From: a virus
DNA: 64,000 nucleotides
Direction: 5' to 3' (one strand)
IMG/VR virus record: IMGVR_UViG_3300050011_000393
Coordinates: 1 to 64,000 of that record
Positions 1 through 8,500 of the stretch are shown piece by piece. A program made the translations under genes and the position numbers. Numbering within the stretch: position 1 is the first letter of the stretch; each line of letters starts with the position of its first letter. The notes under the pieces were generated by a model that worked only from the letters and a program-made list of their open reading frames with translations, searched no databases and was not told the DNA's origin.

Positions 1-399
1 GCGGAAGATAAAGTTGCGGCGTTGCACACGGCCTACGCCGAAATGAAGCGCACGGGTTTGTATTTCCCGCAAGGAGATACAGCGCCAGTAGCGGCTGCGG
101 CGGCTGCGGCGGCTGCGACCGTCGCGGCTCCTGCCGCAGAGGTAACTGAAGCTGCGGTATTGGCCGCGCGTGTTGCTGCGGCAGCAAAAGTACAGTCCAT
201 GTCCTCTTCTGTGTTCGGAGCGAGCTCGGGTACAAGTGGCGCACCTGTCACTTCGCCTGCGGTTGCTGCTGCGAAAGCGATTGTTCCCGCCGATGCGACG
301 CCGCAAGAAATCATTCGTGCATATAACGAAGCGAATCTTGCAGCGGGCATCAACCCCGACGAGGCGTTTAAAAGTACCACTCGCGCCAACGTCCGCTAG
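1..399 (+). CDS. C-terminal part of an Ala-rich protein upstream of the capsid gene (scaffold-like), open at window edge
   Basis: Frame open from position 1; Ala/Pro-rich; position before major capsid gene. Confidence 0.55.
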   Translation, partial: AEDKVAALHTAYAEMKRTGLYFPQGDTAPVAAAAAAAAATVAAPAAEVTEAAVLAARVAAAAKVQSMSSSVFGASSGTSGAPVTSPAVAAAKAIVPADATPQEIIRAYNEANLAAGINPDEAFKSTTRANVR

Positions 400-406
400 T
401 ATTTGC

Positions 407-434
407 TTGACTCTTCTTCGCAAGGTAGTATAAT
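407..434 (+). promoter_or_regulatory. sigma70-like promoter
   Basis: TTGACT-N16-TATAAT upstream of the endonuclease gene. Confidence 0.55.
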
Positions 435-528
435 CGAGTTGTGAACCTCGACGGAGGTTCACGTTAGCCGGGTGCCGGGAGAAGCCTCGAACTTCTCCCA
501 ACCCAGGTCCCTTTCGAGGAAGGAAAAG

Positions 529-939
529 ATGCCAATTAAAGGTAGTCGAAAACCCCGAGTCTGTAAGTGCGGTGAAAACAACCCAAATAATTTTTATGCC
601 TCTCGTGCGTCGGAATGTAAGTTGTGTCTGCAAGCTAGAACCAGCAAATATCAAACAGGAAATAGCGCCTTCAACCGCAGGCGTCATTTAAAGCGAGAGT
701 ACGGGTGGACCCCTGAAAAATATAATGCCGAGCTAATTAAGCAGCATGGACTTTGCGCGTTATGTGGGAAACCACCTCTTCTGGATGAAGTTCTTCGCGT
801 CGACCACAATCACGATACCGGAGACACCCGAGGATTAATTCATCAGCATTGCAATTCCCTCCTCGGATTCGCCAAAGAGGACACCTCTATTTTGTTAGCC
901 GCTATCGCATACATCCTTCGATATAAAACCAAAAACTGA
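529..939 (+). CDS. Endonuclease VII-like (HNH) homing endonuclease
   Basis: CALCG...VDHNHDTGDTRGLIHQHCNSLLG motif; ATG 529 after GGAAGG. Confidence 0.85.
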   Translation: MPIKGSRKPRVCKCGENNPNNFYASRASECKLCLQARTSKYQTGNSAFNRRRHLKREYGWTPEKYNAELIKQHGLCALCGKPPLLDEVLRVDHNHDTGDTRGLIHQHCNSLLGFAKEDTSILLAAIAYILRYKTKN

Positions 940-956
940 CTTATCAAATCATAAGT
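938..956 (+). promoter_or_regulatory. GACT-N8-CATAAGT motif (putative late promoter)
   Basis: One of 7 exact copies; precedes capsid gene. Confidence 0.7.
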
Positions 957-1024
957 AGAAGGCACTCCTTGAGCAAGAGACTTCGCAAGATTCGCGCTGA
1001 TTACAGCGCCCAAGGAGCACTACC

Positions 1025-2020
1025 TTGATACTGCCGCCTGGAGTTCAGTCAACAACATTAGCTGGCTTTCCGCAAATTGCCTATGATCGAACTGCGATTA
1101 TGGAGTGGCAATTTAATACGCCTTTCTTAGAGGAATTGTGCGACTTCCGTCCTCTGGCCCGTCGGTCAGGTCGAACAATACAGTTTTACGGGCAGACCCC
1201 GTTTGCTGCTGCGACCTATGACTTGTCCGAAGGCGTTCCTGGTCCGTCGCTCCAACTGAACCAAGTGTTCAGCGATTCTTTCGCCGACGAATACGGCGAC
1301 TGGATTGGCGTGAGCAACGTGGCTCAGCAAATGTTCCTCGCGGACATCACGCTGGATGCAGCCCGCAACCTGTCTTATCGCGGCGCTCTGACCAGCAACC
1401 TGATTGCGATTAACGCTTTCGAAGCGTCCGCAACCAACAACACCTCGGCCCGCATTGACTTGCTCGACAACGAGTACATGCTGTCCAACACCATCCGCAA
1501 GTGCGAGTCCCAGTTGATGGGCAACGCAGTGCCAGGTCGCGATGGCGGAATGTACACCTCGGCCATGCACCCTTACGTTGTGTACGACTTCATGTCGGAC
1601 AACAGCGCAGGCTCGGCCGTCGACACACTGAAGCGTTCGGATTCCGGCGCGGGAGTTCTGAAGTCGGACATGACACGCGGCTACTCCGTTCTCGAATGGA
1701 GCGGCGTCCGCATCATCCGCACCCCGACCGTTCCGACGTACTCCAACTATCCTTCCGTCGGTAAGACGGGCTACGCGACATACGTTGTGGGTCGTGAAGC
1801 GGTCATCGCATCTGAACTGTTGGGCGTCAAAGTTCCACGCAGCCCCAGCTTCAAGGTGAACGTCAAGACCTTCGGCGATAGCGACATCGATCTTTCGAAC
1901 CCGATGTTGCAGACACGCGCGATTGTTTCTTATGACTGGTTTTTAGGGGTGGTCGCACGCCCAAATACGAACAATACAACAGGCTTTAGGCGCGTTCGCG
2001 GAGAAGTTTCCGCCGTCTAA
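1025..2020 (+). CDS. Major capsid protein (N4-gp56-like, HK97 fold)
   Basis: 331 aa; PLARRSGRTIQF...LSEGV...EYGDW and MHPYVVYDF segments typical of the family; AAGGAG SD before TTG. Confidence 0.8.
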   Translation: MILPPGVQSTTLAGFPQIAYDRTAIMEWQFNTPFLEELCDFRPLARRSGRTIQFYGQTPFAAATYDLSEGVPGPSLQLNQVFSDSFADEYGDWIGVSNVAQQMFLADITLDAARNLSYRGALTSNLIAINAFEASATNNTSARIDLLDNEYMLSNTIRKCESQLMGNAVPGRDGGMYTSAMHPYVVYDFMSDNSAGSAVDTLKRSDSGAGVLKSDMTRGYSVLEWSGVRIIRTPTVPTYSNYPSVGKTGYATYVVGREAVIASELLGVKVPRSPSFKVNVKTFGDSDIDLSNPMLQTRAIVSYDWFLGVVARPNTNNTTGFRRVRGEVSAV

Positions 2021-2071
2021 ACGCTTGACTCTGAAAGAGATTCGGGTTAGTATGGCATTGGAGAAACTCTG

Positions 2072-2521
2072 ATGCCATACAAAGACCCAAATAGTCCAGC
2101 AGCAAGAGCGAACCTCGCCAAACGCACCAAAAAATGGCGGGAAGCGCATCCGGAAAAATGGGCTGCGATTAGCAAAAGAACAAGCCGTACTCGGTACTAC
2201 AAGCATATGCACGGTATTACTGAAGCCGAGTTCGAATCGCAGATTGAAACGCAACATGGTCTTTGTCCGATAGGGAATCATCCCTTCGGGCCGCGAGGCA
2301 AAACAGCAGGCGCTCCGTGCCAAGACCACAACCACACAACAGGCGAGAACCGCTTGATTCTGTGCCGAGAACACAACGTGGGTCTCGGATGCTTCAAAGA
2401 TTCAGTGCCTGAACTTGAGGCAGCAATTTTGTACTTGAAATCTTTTGAGAAACAAACAGGAGAACTACCGTGCCAAACGCATCCACAATTCGTCGGCAAG
2501 TCGCAGGAACGCAGCAACTGA
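2072..2521 (+). CDS. Endonuclease VII-like homing endonuclease
   Basis: HGITEAEF...QHGLCPIG...QDHNHTTGENRLILCREHNVGLG. Confidence 0.8.
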   Translation: MPYKDPNSPAARANLAKRTKKWREAHPEKWAAISKRTSRTRYYKHMHGITEAEFESQIETQHGLCPIGNHPFGPRGKTAGAPCQDHNHTTGENRLILCREHNVGLGCFKDSVPELEAAILYLKSFEKQTGELPCQTHPQFVGKSQERSN

Positions 2522-3081
2522 CTATCGCTCCGTTGGTTGGCGCGACGGTCAGCACTACCGCGACCGCGTTTCAGCTCAACAACAACGGCCTGACTCTGAC
2601 TGGCGGGGGCGTTATTCCTCTGTCCGCAGGCGTCACGGGTTTGTATCAGGGAACTGGCCAGGTGCTCTGGATTCATTGTGCGGGCACGGTTACGGGGTTC
2701 ACCGCGAACTCAAGTACGCTGGCCCTGCAGTTGTATCAAGTGCCAGCATCTTTGCTGCCTATTGCTAACACACTGGCAGCGGCGCAGTCATTTACGAGCT
2801 GGAACAGCATCGGCTCGCAGTCGGCAGCTTCTTTTGGAACTACAGAAACCGCCGGGTCTTTCACGTTTGACGCATATGTCCAACTCGATGCTCAAGGGAA
2901 CCTGATGGGTTATTACGATGCTAACATCGGGGCAACGACCAAGGCTCAGACCGTCATTACGCCAATCACAGGTTTGGTCGGCGAACAGGATCTGAACTTT
3001 GTGCTTGTGGCTACCATCGGCACAGCGGCCCCTGCTGGCGCAATCGTTACACTCGACGAACTTTCTTTGAACTACGTCTAA
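2470..3081 (+). CDS. Virion structural protein (capsid decoration-like)
   Basis: Beta-rich Thr/Gly/Ala composition, follows capsid; AGGAG SD before GTG. Confidence 0.55.
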   Translation: MPNASTIRRQVAGTQQLTIAPLVGATVSTTATAFQLNNNGLTLTGGGVIPLSAGVTGLYQGTGQVLWIHCAGTVTGFTANSSTLALQLYQVPASLLPIANTLAAAQSFTSWNSIGSQSAASFGTTETAGSFTFDAYVQLDAQGNLMGYYDANIGATTKAQTVITPITGLVGEQDLNFVLVATIGTAAPAGAIVTLDELSLNYV

Positions 3082-3117
3082 AACGCTCGGCAATAGATTC
3101 GGGCGCAAGCCCAATTC

Positions 3118-3150
3118 ACCACCTTGGGACTTGTCTCAAGGTGGTTTTTT
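3118..3150 (+). terminator. Rho-independent terminator
   Basis: ACCACCTTGGGAC-TT-GTCTCAAGGTGGT hairpin followed by T-run. Confidence 0.75.
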
Positions 3151-3172
3151 ATTTATCTGAGGAGGAAATATC

Positions 3173-3547
3173 ATGCCATGCGCAGGAAATGTGCCAGTCA
3201 TTGTCGCAAGCGGGTCAATCAATCAACCTAGCGGCGGAGATATCAGCACTACTACCTTATTCACACCAGCGGCAGACGGGGTTTTTCGAGTTTCGCTCTA
3301 TTTTGATGGGGTTGTTGCATGGGCAGGCAACGCCACGAGTGTTATTTTCTCTTGGACGGACGATAGCGGAGCGCAACATATCACCATGCCAATGAGTAAT
3401 CTGCCCTACGGTTTTAGTAACAGTCCTCACTCTGCGGCAATTGCAATACCAATTCACGCGGCCGCTGCCGTCATCACTATTGCGACGAGCGGCAATACCG
3501 ATACCAACAACTACACACTATACTACATCGTCGAGCAATTAGCGTAA
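3173..3547 (+). CDS. Small beta-rich structural protein
   Basis: Strong GAGGAGG SD; resembles the C-terminal domain of ORF 40125..42191. Confidence 0.6.
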   Translation: MPCAGNVPVIVASGSINQPSGGDISTTTLFTPAADGVFRVSLYFDGVVAWAGNATSVIFSWTDDSGAQHITMPMSNLPYGFSNSPHSAAIAIPIHAAAAVITIATSGNTDTNNYTLYYIVEQLA

Positions 3548-3558
3548 GGAGAAAAATT

Positions 3559-3738
3559 ATATCAGGATTACTATTCAACCAGGGCGGCTTCCACGCCCAA
3601 GGAACTGAGATCAACGGTAAAGGCGTCAGCGAAGAGCAGGTGACTATTGGAAAAGTGGTGACCGTGAACAGTTTATCGCTTAGCCTTACTGAATTAGCCA
3701 CAGCCGTGACCAATAAACGCACGGCCGGGAAAGCCTAA
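3559..3738 (+). CDS. Possible 59-aa ORF with non-canonical ATA start
   Basis: AAGGAG at 3546-3551, open frame ISGLLFNQGGFHAQG...AGKA*. Confidence 0.35.
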   Translation: MSGLLFNQGGFHAQGTEINGKGVSEEQVTIGKVVTVNSLSLSLTELATAVTNKRTAGKA

Positions 3739-3744
3739 AAGTTT

Positions 3745-3820
3745 GGGCGTGTAGCTCAATCGGGAGAGCGCCGCATTTGCAATGCGGAGGCAGTCGGATC
3801 ATAACCGACCATGTCCACCA
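3745..3820 (+). tRNA. tRNA-Ala(TGC)
   Basis: GGGCGTG/CATGTCC acceptor with G3:U70, anticodon arm CCGCA-TTTGCAA-TGCGG, encoded CCA; atypical T-loop ATCATAA. Confidence 0.9.
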
Positions 3821-3822
3821 AT

Positions 3823-3900
3823 AGGGGAATAACGCAGTCTGGTCAGCGTGCTTGCTTTGGAAGCGAGAAGCCGCAGGTTCGAATCCTGCTTCCCCTACCA
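3823..3900 (+). tRNA. tRNA-Pro(TGG)
   Basis: AGGGGAA/TTCCCCT acceptor, CTTGC-TTTGGAA-GCGAG, GGTTCGAATCC, CCA. Confidence 0.92.
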
Positions 3901-3944
3901 ACTTTATGCTTGACGGCGCGCCCGAAGCGCAGTAAGATATTGAT

Positions 3945-4268
3945 ATGTATGATCGACCAGAATGGAAACATAAATACGAACAGTTTCTTGTTGATTGGCT
4001 GTCTGGTCGCAGAAAAGGGACTCGTGGTCAAACGAACATTTCACAATTCATCCGTTACTGGCTAGTTCAAACCCGAGGCGAAAAATGCGAGGGGTGTGGA
4101 TGGGCGGAACGCCACCCTACCACAGGGCGTATTCCAATCGAAATCCATCATATGGATGGACAATGGGATAATAATCGCCCAGAGAATTTGCAATTTTTAT
4201 GTCCTAACTGTCATTCGCTGACTGAGACATTTAGAAATCTCAACAGCAATTCTGGACGGGACCGTTAG
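3945..4268 (+). CDS. HNH endonuclease inside tRNA cluster
   Basis: CEGCG...IEIHHMDGQWDNNRPENLQFLCPNCH. Confidence 0.9.
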   Translation: MYDRPEWKHKYEQFLVDWLSGRRKGTRGQTNISQFIRYWLVQTRGEKCEGCGWAERHPTTGRIPIEIHHMDGQWDNNRPENLQFLCPNCHSLTETFRNLNSNSGRDR

Positions 4269-4341
4269 CCCGATTCGTTCAGTGGCAGGACGGGGAGCTT
4301 GTACCTCCCAGACCAGCGTTCGATTCGTTGATTGGGCTCCA
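4268..4341 (+). tRNA. tRNA-Thr(TGT)
   Basis: GCCCGAT/ATTGGGC acceptor, GGGAG-CTTGTAC-CTCCC, TTCGATT loop, CCA. Confidence 0.88.
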
Positions 4342-4361
4342 CATTAAAGAAACGAGCTGAC

Positions 4362-4976
4362 ATGTTTAACATGGACCCAAGCCGAGAGACAGTCGGATAC
4401 CTTATCAGACACGGCGAGTTAACCGACATGGGCGTATGGGACGGCTGGTCAGACCTCAGTCTCTCAGAAAAAGGCGAGGAGCAGGCCGCTACCGCCGCGC
4501 GCTGGCTTTCCTTCGAGCCTATCGGCCGTGTAATTTCCTCAGATGTCCCGCGCACAATGCATACCGCGCAATACCTTATGGACACTGGTTGTGTCTCCTG
4601 CCCGTTTATGGCCTGTGAGCCTAACCTCCGCCCCTGGTTTGTGGCGGGATTTACGGGCAAGGAAAAAACACCGGAGCGCATAAAGGAATTTCAAAAATAC
4701 CTCGATAACCCTGAACTAGTGATTCCGGATGGCGAAAGTCATAAGCAGTTCGAGACCCGCATCCAAGTTCTTTTTCAATATTTGGCCACCCCATACAACG
4801 CGCTTCCAACCGCGTTTTTTATTCACAATTCTGTGATTAAAGGTGTCATGGGGATTCCTGATGTGAAAGAGAGTGTTTTGCCTGGCGGCATTGTTCGCGT
4901 GTCAATGGACGAACGCGGCGAACTATATTTCGACGTGGTACTCGGCCATGTTGAACCTGAGATAGGAGTGAGCTAA
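4362..4976 (+). CDS. Histidine phosphatase family protein
   Basis: YLIRHGE motif, SSDVPRTMHTA, PDGES, C-terminal FIH. Confidence 0.85.
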   Translation: MFNMDPSRETVGYLIRHGELTDMGVWDGWSDLSLSEKGEEQAATAARWLSFEPIGRVISSDVPRTMHTAQYLMDTGCVSCPFMACEPNLRPWFVAGFTGKEKTPERIKEFQKYLDNPELVIPDGESHKQFETRIQVLFQYLATPYNALPTAFFIHNSVIKGVMGIPDVKESVLPGGIVRVSMDERGELYFDVVLGHVEPEIGVS

Positions 4977-5549
4977 ATGAGCACACCGCAATCGCCATTT
5001 CAAGACCACGCATCGCCGATTCTCCAGGGCGAGCCCACAATAAATGATCAGCAACGGTCAGAACTCTGGGATACCTTCCACCAATCCAAGGACCCGAACG
5101 AGTTGGTGCAGAAACTCACGCCGCTGGCTATTCCTGACGATTTGAAGCACAAACTGTTCCAGGCTAAGCAGACATCTATGCCCGCGCCGCCCCCCGTCGA
5201 CAAAGTGACCGAAGCTGTGCAAAAAATGGTCGCGCTGGACCCCAAAGTGTTGGACGTGGCCGAAGCGCATCCGAACCTTCTGAAGGCATTTACGACCGCT
5301 GCCACAACCGAGCCTAAAGCCCCCGCCGAGCCCGCTGCAGCATCCGCGCCAGCAGGGAAGGGTAAGACGGCATCCGCAGCGCCAAAGACGCCCCTGACCC
5401 CTAGGGCCGACGGACAGCCCCATTTCCCGCCTATCCCTGACGGTCACCACCGCGTTTTGAGCAGCAACGGCGGCGTTTATGACGTGCCGCAAGAAAATAT
5501 CGACAAGGCCCGCGAAGCGGACCCGAACCTGCACGTACTGAACCCGTAA
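4977..5549 (+). CDS. Hypothetical Pro-rich protein (possible internal virion protein)
   Basis: Abuts upstream gene; GGAG SD. Confidence 0.55.
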   Translation: MSTPQSPFQDHASPILQGEPTINDQQRSELWDTFHQSKDPNELVQKLTPLAIPDDLKHKLFQAKQTSMPAPPPVDKVTEAVQKMVALDPKVLDVAEAHPNLLKAFTTAATTEPKAPAEPAAASAPAGKGKTASAAPKTPLTPRADGQPHFPPIPDGHHRVLSSNGGVYDVPQENIDKAREADPNLHVLNP

Positions 5550-5562
5550 TTCGGAGACCCTT

Positions 5563-8500
5563 GTGGCTGACGAGACGACCCAGACCCCTGCGCCTGCACC
5601 AGTACCCGACTCGATTCCGATTGACTTGGAGCCGTCTGCTGCTCCTGCATCTATTCCTATCGACTTGAACCCAACATACGACCCGACTCAGGACAAGCGC
5701 GCGCCGTTCCTCAAGACGAATCTAAATCCAACGGGCCCAACCATCCAAGAGGCGCATAAACCTCTGACACAACGCGTCAAAGAAGCAGTCACAGAAAACA
5801 TTCCTGAATTTTCGCAGAGGACTGTCAACGACCCGAAGTACGGCACAAAATCTTTCCTGCCTGACTCAGATGTAATGACTCAGCAGGAACGGAAAGACCT
5901 GCCCGTTGTCGCGGGAGCCATGGACGTGGCCAGTGAGCTGGCTTCCCCTGGGACTATTGGCACCATCGCTGCGACGGCGGGCTTAGGGGAGGCTCCTGCG
6001 ATAGTTTCGAAGGTCGCGTCTGCGTTATTCGCTGGCCAAATTGCCAAATCCGTTTACGACCAGTACCCGGCGCTGCAGGCGGCCGTCGACAAGGCCCAGC
6101 ACGCGAAGTCTCAGCAAGAACACGATGATGCTTTTGCGGATGCGCAGAAAATCCTGACGCACATGGGCGTCGACACCGCGTTCGGGTTGCTGGCGGCGAA
6201 GCACGGCGCGGAGGGCGCGAAAGATTTGCTGGATGCAACCACGGGCAGCGGAGTGCCTGATGAAGCGTCTACCCTGAAAGCGAAGTATCAAGAGAACCAA
6301 ATTGCACCCCGCGCGCCAGAACCGGAAGAGAAACCCGCTGCGCCTGAAGACGTTCATCCCGAGATGAATCGGCAGACGGTCAAGGAACTGCAGCATCTGG
6401 GGTATTCAACGCAACACATTACCAATTTCAATATCACTGAAATTCGCGACATTCTCAAAAATCAAACACCTGCATCTGAATATAAATTTTCCACGACCGA
6501 CCGTCGGTGGAATCCTGATCTACCAAATCCGGCAACAGCCAAGCCCGCTCCTGAGCCAGATAAGTTCGCCGACCAAGGCGGCAAGCTAGTTGGGCCTCAA
6601 CCAGAAACTGAAGCAGCCGCCGAAAAGCCTTCTCAGACCGCCGAAAACGCCACGGAAACCGCAGACCCCGTCGAAGACCTTATCATGTCCGACAAGATTC
6701 AAGGTAAGAAAGTGAAGGGTGCGACACCTAAGGTTGAGCCGACCGAATTGGCGCGCAGCGCGGGGCCGACCCCGAGCGGATTGATTGAGCGTACAACAGG
6801 CGACCCGAAGTCTGACGCCGCCATCAAGGCGGGAGGTGCGGTTCCCGCAGGCACAATGCTTGGGCTAGTCCAGTTTCACGACCCGAAAACAGGCAGCACC
6901 TTGGCGCTAAAGCCCGAGGCGGTCACGCCCGAAGCGGTCCAGCAACATCTCGCCGCGTCCCGCAAAGCCTTTGGCCTGACTCCGGAGCCTGATGCGCTGG
7001 CGGGAGTCGGCGGTAAGTTTGTAGGCCAGCAGCCTGCTGCGGCACCAGCACCTTATCATCCTGACTTACAAAAGGTTATTGATGATAACGGCGGTACGCA
7101 CTCAAGCGCAGCCAAAGCGGTTTCGCCAGACGAAGGGTCTTTTATTACGCCTGACGGAAAATTTGTTAGCGTAAAAGGGACCCATGATATTGCTATTGGC
7201 CGCGCGAATCCAAAAGACCGACCAGAAGGCCGCATCGATAATCGCCCTAGTTTTTTAGATGATACTGGCGCGATACGTACCAGAATGCGTGTTACCAAGG
7301 CGGGTAGTTCATTAAGTGTGACTGTCCCTAAAAACGGGATTTCTCCTGAACAATTAGATGCGTTGCGGCGGTCAGTCCAAGCTATGGGGCCGTACGGGAA
7401 TTTGGTAATAGAACGTTCAGATATCAGCCGAAATAACAGGGACACCGCCAGCACAACGAAAGAGCAGGTAAAGCCCTACCAAGTTGAGGACGCCCTCCGC
7501 GAAATCGGCGCGCATCCCGAGCAGCAAGATATTCTATCCAAAGAACTCCATACTCCGCACAAACAAACATATGGGATGGAAGTCACAGACGCTGAAGGCA
7601 AAGTTCAGAATGTGCCAATCGAAGCGCATTCTGCCAAGCAGGCGCTCAACACCATCGTAAAGAAATTCCCAGACGCGCATCGCTGGCGTTTGGCGACCGC
7701 GCCTGAAGAAAAGGCACCCTCAACTGACTACTCTGTACCTGCAGGCAAGATACAGAAAATGAAAGAGTCGGCAGGACGGTCTGAGATTCACACTATCCGT
7801 CACGAATTAGGACATATATTCGCAGGGGCGGCTGTGGGCATGAAAACTAACGGGATGCTTAGTTCTTCGCACCCCGCTATGCCGAGCGATGCGCGCGCTG
7901 CGGTTGCTTGGAGTTCTGACGGTTTGTATGAGAAGGGGCGCATCAAACCCGACAAAAGACTGGCGGTAATTCAGGCGTCTCTGGGCGGCATCGCCGCCGA
8001 CAAAGTGTTCAATGATACCCCGCGTTCCGCGAATCATAATTTCGATATCCGCGCTGGCGGGGATGGAACAAAAGCCTACGAACTGTTGCGCGACGCAGGG
8101 TATAATCATGCGGACGCGATGGAAAAAATGCACGAGCTAATTGATACAGAAGTCGAACGTCTGAGTCATCCAGCAATCATGTCCGTTATACATGAGAACG
8201 CAGGTGTGCGCGAGCCAGGTTTGTCGCGGCAGTATCACTACAGTCCCGAGCGGCTAAATTCAATCGTGGCGGAAGCCAATAGGAGAATGACCGATGAAAA
8301 ATATACCGAAAAGCGTGACAACGGAGCAGCTAATGGGGCAGTTAACCAAGGACGTGAAGGCGATGTCGCCCGAACAGAAAGCGGAGTTTCGCCTGCAGTT
8401 GGAAGCGAGCCTAAAAAAGAAGGGGTAATCAATGACAACGGAGCAACTGGGTCAGGCGGTTCTGAAATCAGTCCAGCAGATGTCGCCAACGGAAAAAGCG

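Noticed and set aside
400-2521. Group I introns around the capsid-flanking endonucleases
   Set aside because: Flanking genes appear intact and no intron core was recognised
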